Below are positions 20,440-30,659 of a DNA stretch of 64,000 bases, piece by piece. Position numbers and translations under genes: made by a program. How positions within the stretch are numbered: the first letter of the stretch is position 1; each line of letters begins with the position of its first letter. The stretch spans positions 1,824,001-1,888,000 of the forward strand of contig CBDCTJ010000007.1 in the NCBI GenBank assembly GCA_965222115.1, read 5' to 3'. The stretch is from Planctomycetota bacterium (GTDB lineage Bacteria > Planctomycetota > PLA2 > JAEUHO01). The notes beneath the pieces were generated by a model. That model was not told the DNA's origin. It made no database searches and saw nothing but the letters and a program-made list of their open reading frames with translations.

Positions 20440-22854
20440 TCACTTTCGAGACGTGGCGCGCTTGCGGGGTGGTCCTTCGTAGATCACCGTTCCGCCTTCG
20501 TCCGCCGCGCCGGGTCCGAGCTCAATCTGCCAATCGGCAGCCGCGAGTAGCAGAGGATGATGATCGGCGGCGATCACCGTGCTGGTGGTGTCGGCCAGGT
20601 CGCGTAAGACCGTCACCAAATGCGCAACGTCTTTGGGGTGGAGTCCTGTACACGGTTCTTCCAGGAGGTAGAGGGTGTCACCGGGCGAGCCCTTCGCAAG
20701 GGAGGCCGCGAGCTTTAGGCGCAGCATCTCGCCGCCGGACAAGTGTGACGTGGGTTCCCCAAGCGCTGTGTACCCCAAGCCCACATTGTTGGCCGCATGC
20801 AGCGGGCGATGCACATTGGGAACATGCTTAAAGGTCTCCATGGCTTCTGCGATCGACATGTTCAACACATCAACTATTGTGTAGCCCTTGACTCGCACAC
20901 GCGACACTTCATCACGGAAGCGCGTGCCCTCGCACTCTTCGCAGGCGACGCGGAAGGATGGCAGCTGGCGCAACGAGACTTGCTGAACGCCGGATCCATT
21001 GCAAGCCGAGCATCGACCCTGTTTGGTATGGGGCGAAAAATAACTGGCCGTCCAACCCCGCGCGCGCGCTTCGAGCGTAGAGGCAAAAAACGTTCGCAGA
21101 TGGCCAAATACACCCAAGACACTTGCGGGTGTGGAGCGCGCGTGGCGCGTTGCCAATCCTTCGGCGACCGCAAGTCGCGTGGGAACTCGATCTAATTTGA
21201 GTGTGGGCGTACTCGTCGCGTCGCGCGTATCGAGAATGGTCCGTGTATGCCGACCAATCACGTGCCGAAGCAATGCCGACTTGCCTGCTCCACTGGGTCC
21301 TGTGATGACCGTCATGGCTCCCAAGGGGATCTTGCAATCGACGCGCTTGAGATTCTTCGCCGCTGCCCCGCGAACATGGATCCATTCCGCATGATCGGTA
21401 GCGCTTCGCGTCGATGTGACGAGTCCCATTTCCCGTCGTTGTTCCAAGTAGGCCTTGGATGTCCCATGAAACACAAGCTCGCCGCCAAGACGTCCTGCGC
21501 CCGGCCCCAACTCCACGACCGTGTCTGCGTGCGCCAGCATGCCAGGATCATGGTCGACGCAGATCACGGTGTTGCCTTCCTGAACCAACTCACGAAGTTT
21601 CTTCCAGAGCGGAAGTCGGTCGCGTTCGCTGAGCCCGGCCGCCGGCTCGTCGAGGAGAAAGAGCAGTCCGCTCATGCGCGACGAGCAGAGATTGATAAGT
21701 TCCGCGCGCCGACGTTCTCCACGCGAAAGCATGCTTGCGGCGCGTCCCATCGAGAGGCCGCCCATGCCGAGATCGCACAGAAAGCTGAGTCGCTCCGTGA
21801 GGTCGTGGCGGATGGGTGCAACCAGTGGTGCAGCGGCATCTTCAAGTTCACGAATCCACGTACGGAGTTGCGCTGCGGGCAGCGCGTCCAACTCCGGTAA
21901 GGTCCGACCGTTGAGTCGCGCAGCGGCGCCCACTGCGGATCGACGATGGCCATCACACGCCGGGCACGTCAACGCATCGTTGTCGTTCTCACCCTCAACA
22001 ACACCCAGACCTTCACAGGTTTCACATGCGCCTTGGGGACGATTGAAGTGAAACGTAGCCGGCGAAAGGGACGGGCGAAAGGCGTCACACGACGGGCAAA
22101 ACGGGCGCGTACTGTAGCGCGCTTCCGTTTCTTCACCCTCTGGCGACCTCGTACGACATACCACACGCTCGTTACCCAGCGAGAGTGCCTGATCGATCGA
22201 GGCGCGAAAACGATCTTCGGCACCCTCCGACACAATGAGTCGATCCACGATGGCTTCGACGGACTCGCTTGGTTGAATGGGTGCATCGATGTCGTCTACG
22301 CGAACTTCATGCTTGCCACCCAGTCGCACGCGCACAAGTCCCTGCTCGCGAACCTGCTCAAGCGCATCCGGTCCCTTGCCCATGGCGATCATGAGCCAAA
22401 TCTTGGTCCGTTCCGGGAGCGCCAGCAGGGCTTCGCCTATTTGACGGCGACCGGTTGCGGGTGTGGCCGTGCCACATACATGGCAATACGACTTTGCAGC
22501 TCGCGCGAACAAGTACTGAAGCCCACGGGCGATATCGGTGAGTGTTCCGAGCGTGTCGCGTGAACGACCGTGAGCATGTTTGGGCGCATAGAGAACGGCA
22601 GGGGGAAGTCCGTCGATGGCATCCACATCCGGCCTCGGCAACAAATCCACACCGCGCGTTGCATGACGTTGGGTGCCCGCAAAGCGTCGTTGCGACTCCA
22701 CCGCCAAGGTGTCGATCACAAGCGACGATTTTCCCGAACCCGACACGCCGCAGACAGCAATCCATGTGCCGAGAGGCAACTCGAGATCGAGGTCGCGAAG
22801 ATTGTGTGTCCGTGCGCCACGGATTCGAATCTGGGGGGATGGCGAAGAGGTCAA
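20440..22854 (-). CDS. uvrA: Excinuclease ABC subunit A-like ABC ATPase (short, divergent paralog)
   Basis: GARTHNL, GVSGSGKSSL, zinc fingers (GACETCEGLG, GRCSACNGSG, CEECEG), LSGGE, two NBDs; 804 aa. Confidence 0.8.
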   Translation of the reverse strand: MTSSPSPQIRIRGARTHNLRDLDLELPLGTWIAVCGVSGSGKSSLVIDTLAVESQRRFAGTQRHATRGVDLLPRPDVDAIDGLPPAVLYAPKHAHGRSRDTLGTLTDIARGLQYLFARAAKSYCHVCGTATPATGRRQIGEALLALPERTKIWLMIAMGKGPDALEQVREQGLVRVRLGGKHEVRVDDIDAPIQPSESVEAIVDRLIVSEGAEDRFRASIDQALSLGNERVVCRTRSPEGEETEARYSTRPFCPSCDAFRPSLSPATFHFNRPQGACETCEGLGVVEGENDNDALTCPACDGHRRSAVGAAARLNGRTLPELDALPAAQLRTWIRELEDAAAPLVAPIRHDLTERLSFLCDLGMGGLSMGRAASMLSRGERRRAELINLCSSRMSGLLFLLDEPAAGLSERDRLPLWKKLRELVQEGNTVICVDHDPGMLAHADTVVELGPGAGRLGGELVFHGTSKAYLEQRREMGLVTSTRSATDHAEWIHVRGAAAKNLKRVDCKIPLGAMTVITGPSGAGKSALLRHVIGRHTRTILDTRDATSTPTLKLDRVPTRLAVAEGLATRHARSTPASVLGVFGHLRTFFASTLEARARGWTASYFSPHTKQGRCSACNGSGVQQVSLRQLPSFRVACEECEGTRFRDEVSRVRVKGYTIVDVLNMSIAEAMETFKHVPNVHRPLHAANNVGLGYTALGEPTSHLSGGEMLRLKLAASLAKGSPGDTLYLLEEPCTGLHPKDVAHLVTVLRDLADTTSTVIAADHHPLLLAAADWQIELGPGAADEGGTVIYEGPPRKRATSRK

Positions 22855-22987
22855 GGGCGCAGTCTAGCCGTCAACGGAAGTGAATGCCGCCGCTCCCCCG
22901 CCCAATATGGAAATCGCCTGGCGGCGCGAGTGGACTATCGCCGTGACTGACGCGGCAGATCCCATATACCAGTTTCGCCGCGGACAC

Positions 22988-25726
22988 ATGGGGCTGGTGT
23001 GCCTGCTTAGTTTCGTATTCCTGATGGGCGTCGGCAATCTCGCGATACTTGCGTGGCTCCATCGACCAACGCCTAGGTCGCTACCGGAGATCGGCGCTCG
23101 TACCGAAGAGGCGTCGCCCTTCTTCTTGGCCGTCATTGATGGATTGCGCGAAGGTTCAGCGTGGGCAATCGACGACTCACCCATGCCGTGGCTTCGGGAG
23201 TTCGCCAAGCAGGGTGTTTGGGGGGTGTCGATTACCGGTGAACCTACGCTCACGGCGCCGTGCGTGCGCTGCATCATTTCCGGTCGCCGTCCCGACTTGA
23301 TTACTGGCTTTCAGAACTTCGATGCACCCAAGGCGCCCGGTTCGATCATTGAGTATCTCGTGAAGCGTGGCGCACGCGCGGCCCATGGCGGCGATGCGGC
23401 CGTGTACCAGATGTGTCGCGACTATTACCAACCCGAGTCCGCTTATCAAGTACCCGATCGCGGGCCCGTGGATCAAGGGGAGACCGATCGCATTGCGGTC
23501 CCGTTCGTGTTGGCGCGTATTGAAGACGGACACGATCTCATCACGCTGCATCTCACGTCGCCCGACCACGCGGGTCACAAATATGGCGCAACGGGTCGGC
23601 ACTACTGGGAAGCCTGTCGATTTGTTGATGACAAGCTCAAGGCTTCCGTCAGTGCATTTCGCGTCAAGTATCCCAACGGGACGGTGTGTATCGCTTCTGA
23701 TCACGGCATGTCCGACATGGGAACGCACGGCGGTGGAGAAGAAGTCGCACGGCGTGCGCCGTTCTGCTTGGTTGGTCCTGGGTTCCTGCCACGCGGTCCC
23801 GTGGAAACCAATCAGAGTTCGATTGCGCCCACGATTTGTGCCGCACTGGGCTTGCCACAACCTCCCCTCGCCGATGCTCCACCGGAAGTGGATTGGCTAC
23901 AGGAAAGCCCCACGGAACAGCGTGCGATCTTGCGCGACTACTTGGAAGCGCGTGCGCAGGTGGCGCGTGATGTGAGCGGGCTGAACGTGGACTTTGTAGA
24001 ACGGCGGCGCGCGCTTCGAACGGTCCAAGATAGCGACATGACCGATCGTCTGCGTATCGAGTCGCTCATCGCCGAAGTCGAGAACATGGTGAATCCGAGG
24101 CATACGTTGCCTTCGGTGATGGCGCTACTTGTTTCGCTGCTCGGTCTCATATGGCTTGTATATGTTCATCACGCGAGTCGCCTGACGCGAGGAACGTTGT
24201 GGATGTGTGCCATCGCAGCGCTGGCCGCGGCGCATTTGCTGGGTGCGATTCCCGGAGTCTCCCCCGCGTCGGTGTGGCTGGCGAGTGGGGTAAGCCTATT
24301 GGTAATTGGGGGTGCGGCGTGCCTGGCACCGAGGCGTATGCAATTTTCGGTGATCGCCGTGGCGTGTGCCGCTGTGCTGTTCGCGATTCCGGTGCTTGCA
24401 GGCACCGGACACACGTTTCAATCCACATGGGAGCGATTCACGGTTCGAACGCCGGCCACGGAACACGTCTTGTTCGCCACGCTGGTGGGTTCGGCGCTGG
24501 TCTTCTTCTTGGCTCACGGCATATGGAGAAGTCACAGACGGAACGGCGCAACTGCGCGAGGCCGTGCCAAACCGGTTCTGTTGGCTATGCTCGGTGGTGC
24601 GTCTGTGGGTGGGCTCCTCTCGCTGCGGCCATTCGTTCAGCCGATTCTGACTACGAAGGAGTTCATCGCCATTGCCGCGAGCATCATGCTTTGGCTGTGG
24701 TTGCGACGCAGTGGCGCAGGCAAATGGCGTCAAGCGTTCGTACTCGGCGGATCATTGCTTGTGATTTGGGTGCCGCGTATTGCTGAGCGCAGCCTAGATG
24801 ATCACTGGATTGGCGCTGTACCTGCGAAAGACACCCTGTGGTTGCTTGCGGGATTGATTGTTACATGCGTCGTTGTGGCCCTCGCCTGGACTCGTAAGAC
24901 AGGTTGGCGTCTTACAGGATTTGCGGTGAGTTGTCTCACGCTGGTCTTCCTGTTTCGGTTCACCAACGATGTGTGTCGTCAGGCGTGGTTTGGCGAAACC
25001 GGTGCTATTACCGCTGCGCTCTTGACCACCGCTTTGCCCTTGATACTTTTGCTCATTTCTTTGCGCGTAGCGTCGCCAAAGGTCCAGTGGTGGTTGCGTC
25101 TAGTTGCTGCCCTGGCGCTCGCCCGCCGACTGTCGGTCAAGGACGCGGAGTTCCTAGTGTATGCGTGTGCGGGCTGCATTGCGCATGGCGCCTCCGCGCT
25201 ACGTTTGCCGCACGCTCGTTGGCGCATCGCGTGGCTGGCGATCGTCGTGATTGTGATTCGCACGGCGCTCTTTCATGCGATGGGATTCATTGAGAGCTTC
25301 AGCACCCTGGACGTGGGGCAAGCATTCGAGGGACTGGGCACCGCGCGCAATACCGTGCCCAATCGTGTGGGGGGTATGACGTGGCAGATTGTTGTTGCCA
25401 CTGCACAAATGGTGATTCGCATGGCGTTGCCGTGGGTGTTGTTGTTGGGTGTGCTCGTACGCATGGCATCGAACTCAGGTAAGTACGGACTCAACACGGT
25501 GCGTACATCGGTTGCGGATATTGCAGTGGGACTTGCCGGTCGCGGCGCATTCATTGTGTGGGCGATTTGGGTGTGGTGGCGCAATGCGTGGTGGACCGGG
25601 TATGCGCAAACCGTCTACGCCTATGCCGCCGCCGACATCCTACTCATCGTAGGTGTCGCGTTCCTCATGGGCGTGTTTGCGCGCGATGACTATTCGTCAA
25701 GCAAGGCTGGGCTTTCGCCTGCCTGA
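22988..25726 (+). CDS. Alkaline-phosphatase-superfamily multi-TM protein resembling GPI ethanolamine-phosphate transferases
   Basis: VIDGLR, PTLTAP, DHAGH, SDHGM..G.HGG followed by many TM helices. Confidence 0.7.
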   Translation: MGLVCLLSFVFLMGVGNLAILAWLHRPTPRSLPEIGARTEEASPFFLAVIDGLREGSAWAIDDSPMPWLREFAKQGVWGVSITGEPTLTAPCVRCIISGRRPDLITGFQNFDAPKAPGSIIEYLVKRGARAAHGGDAAVYQMCRDYYQPESAYQVPDRGPVDQGETDRIAVPFVLARIEDGHDLITLHLTSPDHAGHKYGATGRHYWEACRFVDDKLKASVSAFRVKYPNGTVCIASDHGMSDMGTHGGGEEVARRAPFCLVGPGFLPRGPVETNQSSIAPTICAALGLPQPPLADAPPEVDWLQESPTEQRAILRDYLEARAQVARDVSGLNVDFVERRRALRTVQDSDMTDRLRIESLIAEVENMVNPRHTLPSVMALLVSLLGLIWLVYVHHASRLTRGTLWMCAIAALAAAHLLGAIPGVSPASVWLASGVSLLVIGGAACLAPRRMQFSVIAVACAAVLFAIPVLAGTGHTFQSTWERFTVRTPATEHVLFATLVGSALVFFLAHGIWRSHRRNGATARGRAKPVLLAMLGGASVGGLLSLRPFVQPILTTKEFIAIAASIMLWLWLRRSGAGKWRQAFVLGGSLLVIWVPRIAERSLDDHWIGAVPAKDTLWLLAGLIVTCVVVALAWTRKTGWRLTGFAVSCLTLVFLFRFTNDVCRQAWFGETGAITAALLTTALPLILLLISLRVASPKVQWWLRLVAALALARRLSVKDAEFLVYACAGCIAHGASALRLPHARWRIAWLAIVVIVIRTALFHAMGFIESFSTLDVGQAFEGLGTARNTVPNRVGGMTWQIVVATAQMVIRMALPWVLLLGVLVRMASNSGKYGLNTVRTSVADIAVGLAGRGAFIVWAIWVWWRNAWWTGYAQTVYAYAAADILLIVGVAFLMGVFARDDYSSSKAGLSPA

Positions 25727-28299
25727 CTCGACGTGGCTTTCCGCCACGCCTCATCCACTTTGCCGGTTTCGATGTCGAAGTCGTCGCCAAAGAGATCGGG
25801 AATGTCGGCCATGCGGGATGTGGCTTCGTCTTCGTTGGGTGCGCCGGATACATAACGAAGTGTGTGGCGCCCGGTGCGTATGGCCAATCCATCCACGAGC
25901 AATCGACGATCGCGGCTGCCCGACTCGCTGCGCGACACAATCATGGGGCCCACGCGTGTGGGTTGAATCGTTGCAACCGTTTCACCGGCTCCGCCAATCG
26001 ATAACTTGCCGCGTTTCGTCGCGTGCAACGTTGCCTTTCTGCGGCCAATCGAATCGAGGGGGAGTCGTCCCACCGCACGATCCACACCGTCCACGGTGTA
26101 AAGCAACGTGCCCTTGACGGGTGGGGGACGAAACTGCATCACCGTGACCAGTCCAAGCAGCGCTGCCAAGGCACCCAGCCCCAAGAACAGCCAACCGGTG
26201 GACTTCACCTTGGCCGGCGTCGAAACCGTGGCGGTGGCGCTTTCGTCCACGTCCTGGCCCCGCCATGCAAACGAAAAGGACGCAGTTTCGTTGCGTGCCG
26301 AAAACGAATCCGGCTTTGCGCCCTTCCATGCACCGCTGGGTTCTAGCTGCCACTTGCCCGGCGAAAGCAGGCGCAACGTCCAGTCCTGTAGGGTTCGGGG
26401 CGTGGCGGTCACCGTGGGCGAAATCTCCATCAGGCGCAGTAGCGCATCGCCGGTGATGCCGTCGGGGTCCAGCGACAGCCGGATCGCATGAATGCCGGTG
26501 AGTTTGCCCTCGGCCACATCGTACGCCGCATGATTTGGCTCCACGACGATGCGCGGAGAACGCAACCCAATTGAAAACGTCACGGTTCCGTCAATCGAAA
26601 TGCCCGACGGATACATGGCTGTAACCGTTACCTCCGCGGATCCGCTCAAATCGGGCAGCGCCTTCGCATTTTTGAGCCTTGCAGACAATGCATAGCGGAT
26701 GTCGCGCGAGAGCTTAGTTCCTCGGTCCCAGGCAATCGGTCTAGCGCGCTTCGCTTCGCTCATTGCTGTAAACGCGACGTGCGGCTTCCATGCTTCCGGT
26801 GACACGGTTGCTCTCAACTGGATGAAATCGGGTGTCATGCTATTCAGATCGCGCACCACGAGGTTGATCTCCTCGGGCGCATCGCCCTGGGGCAACAATT
26901 GAGGCGTGGCTCCACCGATCAAGACAAGTCGAGCGCGTGGATCGGCGGGTGCGCACGCATACGAGATTGATAGTGTGCCTTTGTATTCGCTCTTCGTGAC
27001 AAGCGAAATCACGCCTCTGCTCGCTCCCATGTAGCCGCGTTTCGGGTGATACGAAACGGTTAGAGGTAGGCCGCGTACGCCAGGGCGGAGCAGCTTCGGT
27101 GACCCTAACTTTACTTTCATACCGGCCTTTAGTTGATTGCCCACGTGCCACGTTGGGGCTCGTTCACCCGTGTCCGACGGAATGTCGGTGTATGCAATGA
27201 CATAGTCGGCCGTCGCAGGTGACGCGGACGTAACCCCCGTAGCTTGGAACGCCGTTGGGGCCGAACCATCCGCACGTTGGAGTACTGCCTCGCGCTTGGG
27301 CTCCGGCCATGACGCTTCAACCGAATCTGGCAACTGCCCGAAAAACAACACGCGTTCCGTTGTTTGCTCTTCGTCGCGAGTGACGCTCACCGAAAGTTCC
27401 GTGGCCGCCATGTCGTCGCGTGTGATCTGTGCATTGATCATTCCCGTGTCGGGGTCAATCGTTGTTCTGAGCTTGTCGCCGTCGCGATTCGTGGCTATCG
27501 AAATCGGAATGGGCGGTGGGCGGTCACCCCATGTAACGGACGAGGTTGCCACCGAGACGTTGGCAAGCAGTCCGCGGATGTCGCTTCTGCTGGTCCCCAT
27601 TAACGACGCAGGCGGATCACACGTTACCTGCGGCGAACCAACTTCGGTCACGATCCGTCCGGCAGGTTGCCAGCCGCGTGCTGGTGCATCCTCGTTCTCA
27701 AGCACGGCCCGCGCGTCGTCGCTCAATCCGAACGCGATGATCTTGGTCCCTTTGGGCGCATCCTCGTTCCATTTCTCGACACCCGCTTCGAGTTCCTTGC
27801 GATCGTTCTTGCTCTGCCCAGCCGTCGTAAACGGACCGACCAAGACAAGCCATTGCGCAAGTGATTTGCCGCGCCTTCGTCGGGCGACACCAAGTGCGAT
27901 ACCCACGCCGGTGGGTCGCTTGAAATCGAAGTACTGGCTTTCCTCAATGGACGCGAGCCCTTTGTCGTCGAATGCGATCTCGCGCAGTTGCGCCAAGTTG
28001 TCGGACGTGGAGGTGACGGCTACGGCCTTGGCCCGCATGCCCAGTGCGATGAGTGGGTCAACGAATGCGCGCGCACGGGCGAGGTGTTCTTTCGCATCGT
28101 CTTTGGCGGCGATACCACGATCGATCACAACAAGGATCTGCGCCTTAGGGACATGGACCTTGTTCTCGTCCTCTTTCTTCTTGTCTTCGTCGGCCCAAAT
28201 CGTGCCCAGTAGATTCGCTGCGAAAATGAGGCAGAGCATCCATCGGATCGTTACTTGGCCTGCCATGCAGGCATGGGACGGGGATGCGCGCGAGGTCAT
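25690..28299 (-). CDS. Large hypothetical exported protein with C-terminal TM and cytoplasmic tail
   Basis: Signal-like N-terminus, long beta-rich body, TM GWLFLGLGALAALLGLVTVM; start uncertain. Confidence 0.6.
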   Translation of the reverse strand: MTSRASPSHACMAGQVTIRWMLCLIFAANLLGTIWADEDKKKEDENKVHVPKAQILVVIDRGIAAKDDAKEHLARARAFVDPLIALGMRAKAVAVTSTSDNLAQLREIAFDDKGLASIEESQYFDFKRPTGVGIALGVARRRRGKSLAQWLVLVGPFTTAGQSKNDRKELEAGVEKWNEDAPKGTKIIAFGLSDDARAVLENEDAPARGWQPAGRIVTEVGSPQVTCDPPASLMGTSRSDIRGLLANVSVATSSVTWGDRPPPIPISIATNRDGDKLRTTIDPDTGMINAQITRDDMAATELSVSVTRDEEQTTERVLFFGQLPDSVEASWPEPKREAVLQRADGSAPTAFQATGVTSASPATADYVIAYTDIPSDTGERAPTWHVGNQLKAGMKVKLGSPKLLRPGVRGLPLTVSYHPKRGYMGASRGVISLVTKSEYKGTLSISYACAPADPRARLVLIGGATPQLLPQGDAPEEINLVVRDLNSMTPDFIQLRATVSPEAWKPHVAFTAMSEAKRARPIAWDRGTKLSRDIRYALSARLKNAKALPDLSGSAEVTVTAMYPSGISIDGTVTFSIGLRSPRIVVEPNHAAYDVAEGKLTGIHAIRLSLDPDGITGDALLRLMEISPTVTATPRTLQDWTLRLLSPGKWQLEPSGAWKGAKPDSFSARNETASFSFAWRGQDVDESATATVSTPAKVKSTGWLFLGLGALAALLGLVTVMQFRPPPVKGTLLYTVDGVDRAVGRLPLDSIGRRKATLHATKRGKLSIGGAGETVATIQPTRVGPMIVSRSESGSRDRRLLVDGLAIRTGRHTLRYVSGAPNEDEATSRMADIPDLFGDDFDIETGKVDEAWRKATSSQAGESPALLDE

Positions 28300-28363
28300 G
28301 ATGATGCCGATCTTCCCCCGAGACGATGGGAAGTCACATAACTTTGACCTGGAACCGACCCAC

Positions 28364-29317
28364 TTACGCAGACGATTGGCGACCGCAGAGCTCGCGAAAC
28401 GTGCAGACGGCACACTTGCTAAGGTCATCGGTCATCGGGAAGTCATCCGAACGCGCGACGTTGACATCGGGGTTTGCGAGCTTGGCTTTCATGGCGCGAA
28501 TGCTCGTTCGCATGAGGTCGCGCGTTTCCGCGATATCGTCCTGCGTCACCTGAAAGGGAAACACCTGACAGTCGTCGCCCAAGTAGACCAAGTGATTGGT
28601 GACGTGATTTGGGTTCGCACCGTATGCGGCTTCGACATAGAGCGTGTAGCAAACAAGTTGCGCTCGATTGCCGTCGGGTGTCACAGCGCCCGTCTTCCAA
28701 TCGTAGATGTTGACGCCATCCCCGTCGGTGCGACTCGCGAAGTCAAGCACGGCCCACACGTCTACGCCATCGAAGCGGAAATTGTCGAGCTTCTCAATGG
28801 GGAGCCACATCCGGGTGTCACTGGTGCGAATTTCATTGAATAGCGGACTGCGTAGAAACGCTTGAAGCGCGCGAATCGCCTTCGCATTGACTGCGGCCCA
28901 ATCATCTCGCGTTAGCGGTTCATCGTAGTGATGCTCGGCCAGCCCCACTTTGTGCTTGGGCCTTCGGCGGTAGTCGCCGTCGCGACTCTCGAGCCACTGA
29001 CGTCGCATCGTTTCCGTTAGGCGCTCGACTTCTTTGTTGGGATCGATATCGGCAGACTCAAAGAGCAGGCCGTCGCCGCTCCCGCCCTTCTGTACTTGCC
29101 GCAATATGCCTTCAATAGCTTCGTGAACCACGGTGCCGACCCACGTCCATCGCGTGTGAAGGTTCTTGAGCATGTATGCGCGGCGTGCTTCGGGATCGGC
29201 ATCATGACTCCAGCCGCCCCACGATCCGTAGTACGTCCACCAGTACTGCCGCGCGCAGTAGTCAAAGGTGCGTCCGCGTGAGACGGACCACGTGAAATTG
29301 TTCTTGAGCTCGGCCAC
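28364..29317 (-). CDS. PD-(D/E)XK nuclease family protein (AddB/Cas4-like Fe-S staple)
   Basis: WSVSR..FDYC, GTVVHEAIE, LDF..IYDWKTG, QLVCY, CAVCTFRELC. Confidence 0.8.
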   Translation of the reverse strand: MAELKNNFTWSVSRGRTFDYCARQYWWTYYGSWGGWSHDADPEARRAYMLKNLHTRWTWVGTVVHEAIEGILRQVQKGGSGDGLLFESADIDPNKEVERLTETMRRQWLESRDGDYRRRPKHKVGLAEHHYDEPLTRDDWAAVNAKAIRALQAFLRSPLFNEIRTSDTRMWLPIEKLDNFRFDGVDVWAVLDFASRTDGDGVNIYDWKTGAVTPDGNRAQLVCYTLYVEAAYGANPNHVTNHLVYLGDDCQVFPFQVTQDDIAETRDLMRTSIRAMKAKLANPDVNVARSDDFPMTDDLSKCAVCTFRELCGRQSSA

Positions 29318-29627
29318 CGTGGAAAGATAGTCCGAAAGCGTGGGGACCAAGCGCATTGCCTTGACCATCCGCCGCGCCGTGTGACGGCTTGCGCCCAATC
29401 TGCCTACACCTCATGCCCACCGTAGGGGCGTTGGCGCCTGCCGCAAAGGTGGATGTCGCGTTTCACGCGTCGTCCCAATGACTCATGGTGTCCGCATCAA
29501 TTCCATCCAAGGATCCGCAAATGGTGGCGGAACCATGAACGCGGGCTAGATTGGTGCGCGACGGTCAGAGGCGCCGCAGGGTTGTGTTGAGGCTGGCGGC
29601 GTTTCACTAGATGGGAGATTATGCCGG

Positions 29628-30638
29628 ATGACACATCGCATAAAGACAATGCGCCGGATGACAAGGCAGGGTGTAAGTCGATCGTTGATGACCGTTGGAA
29701 TGGGACTCGTTGTTGCATGCTCCTTGACCGCGCTGGCGGGTTCAGCGCATGGCGAGGATTATGGCGGTGGGGGGTATGGACCGCCGGTCATGAAGAAGCG
29801 CAAGGTCAATAAGGCGTTCTACTTGATCAACAAGACCAAATACGATATGTGTTACTGGCTCGCGTGGGACAGCATTCACACGCGTGACACCGTTGACTAC
29901 TACGGTGAGAAGAAGCGTTCTGAACATCCCGTCTACAAGGTCGAGGGTCGCCACCGCATCAAGCCGTGGGGCAAGGTACTCATTCGCCACGTACCCAAGC
30001 GCACCGCCTACCTATTTGTCATGCTTCAAAAGGACGGGGCGTGGACGCCGTACCCCATTGGCGTGGGCGGCCCCACGCTGCCCGTGATTCAATCCGATCA
30101 AAACACCTACAAGGTGATGAAGAAAACGGGCAAGCTCCTAAAGGCAGCGCCTCGGCACGTGGCGATGTCCAACGGTGCGTTCAGTGCACACCGAATTGCA
30201 AAGTGGGAACCGCCAAACGAGATCGAGGTCGTCTGGAAGAGCGACGAGGCCGACGAAGTCGTTCACGAGCATAAGGGTCCCCCCGCCCATATGCCCACCC
30301 CGTGGACGCAAACCGCCAAACTGCATGAGTACCGCGGGTTGTCACACAAGGAAGTTGAGATCGCTTTCAAGCATCTCAAGGCAAAGGGTTGGCGACCGAC
30401 CGACTTCAAACCCAAGCAGGGCACCACGTCGGTCACGTACGACATGACGCTCGTTAAGAAGAAGGGCCCCGATTGGGCGTGGTCGATTCACGTGGAGCCT
30501 GCGCGCTGGTCTGGCATTGACCGTGCATGGAAAGACAAGCACTACAAGGACGACATGGCGGGTGCCTACAAGGTGGCTGGCAAGGCCTACCGCTGGGCGA
30601 TCTGGATACAGGACGTACCCAAGGTCGTACGGCGATAA
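29628..30638 (+). CDS. Secreted Lys-rich protein with C-terminal BTRD1-like tandem repeats
   Basis: Signal peptide ending AHG; GLS..E...F..L...GWRP and ..YRWAIW repeat-like segments. Confidence 0.55.
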   Translation: MTHRIKTMRRMTRQGVSRSLMTVGMGLVVACSLTALAGSAHGEDYGGGGYGPPVMKKRKVNKAFYLINKTKYDMCYWLAWDSIHTRDTVDYYGEKKRSEHPVYKVEGRHRIKPWGKVLIRHVPKRTAYLFVMLQKDGAWTPYPIGVGGPTLPVIQSDQNTYKVMKKTGKLLKAAPRHVAMSNGAFSAHRIAKWEPPNEIEVVWKSDEADEVVHEHKGPPAHMPTPWTQTAKLHEYRGLSHKEVEIAFKHLKAKGWRPTDFKPKQGTTSVTYDMTLVKKKGPDWAWSIHVEPARWSGIDRAWKDKHYKDDMAGAYKVAGKAYRWAIWIQDVPKVVRR

Positions 30639-30659
30639 TCGCGTCGAACCGCGACGGTA

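Noticed and set aside
27296-28843. 515-aa plus-strand ORF
   Set aside because: Antisense shadow of two minus-strand genes, with no motifs; typical of GC-rich DNA.
28364-29317. Cas4-like nuclease suggesting a CRISPR locus
   Set aside because: No cas1/cas2 or CRISPR array in the window; consistent with a stand-alone PD-(D/E)XK protein.
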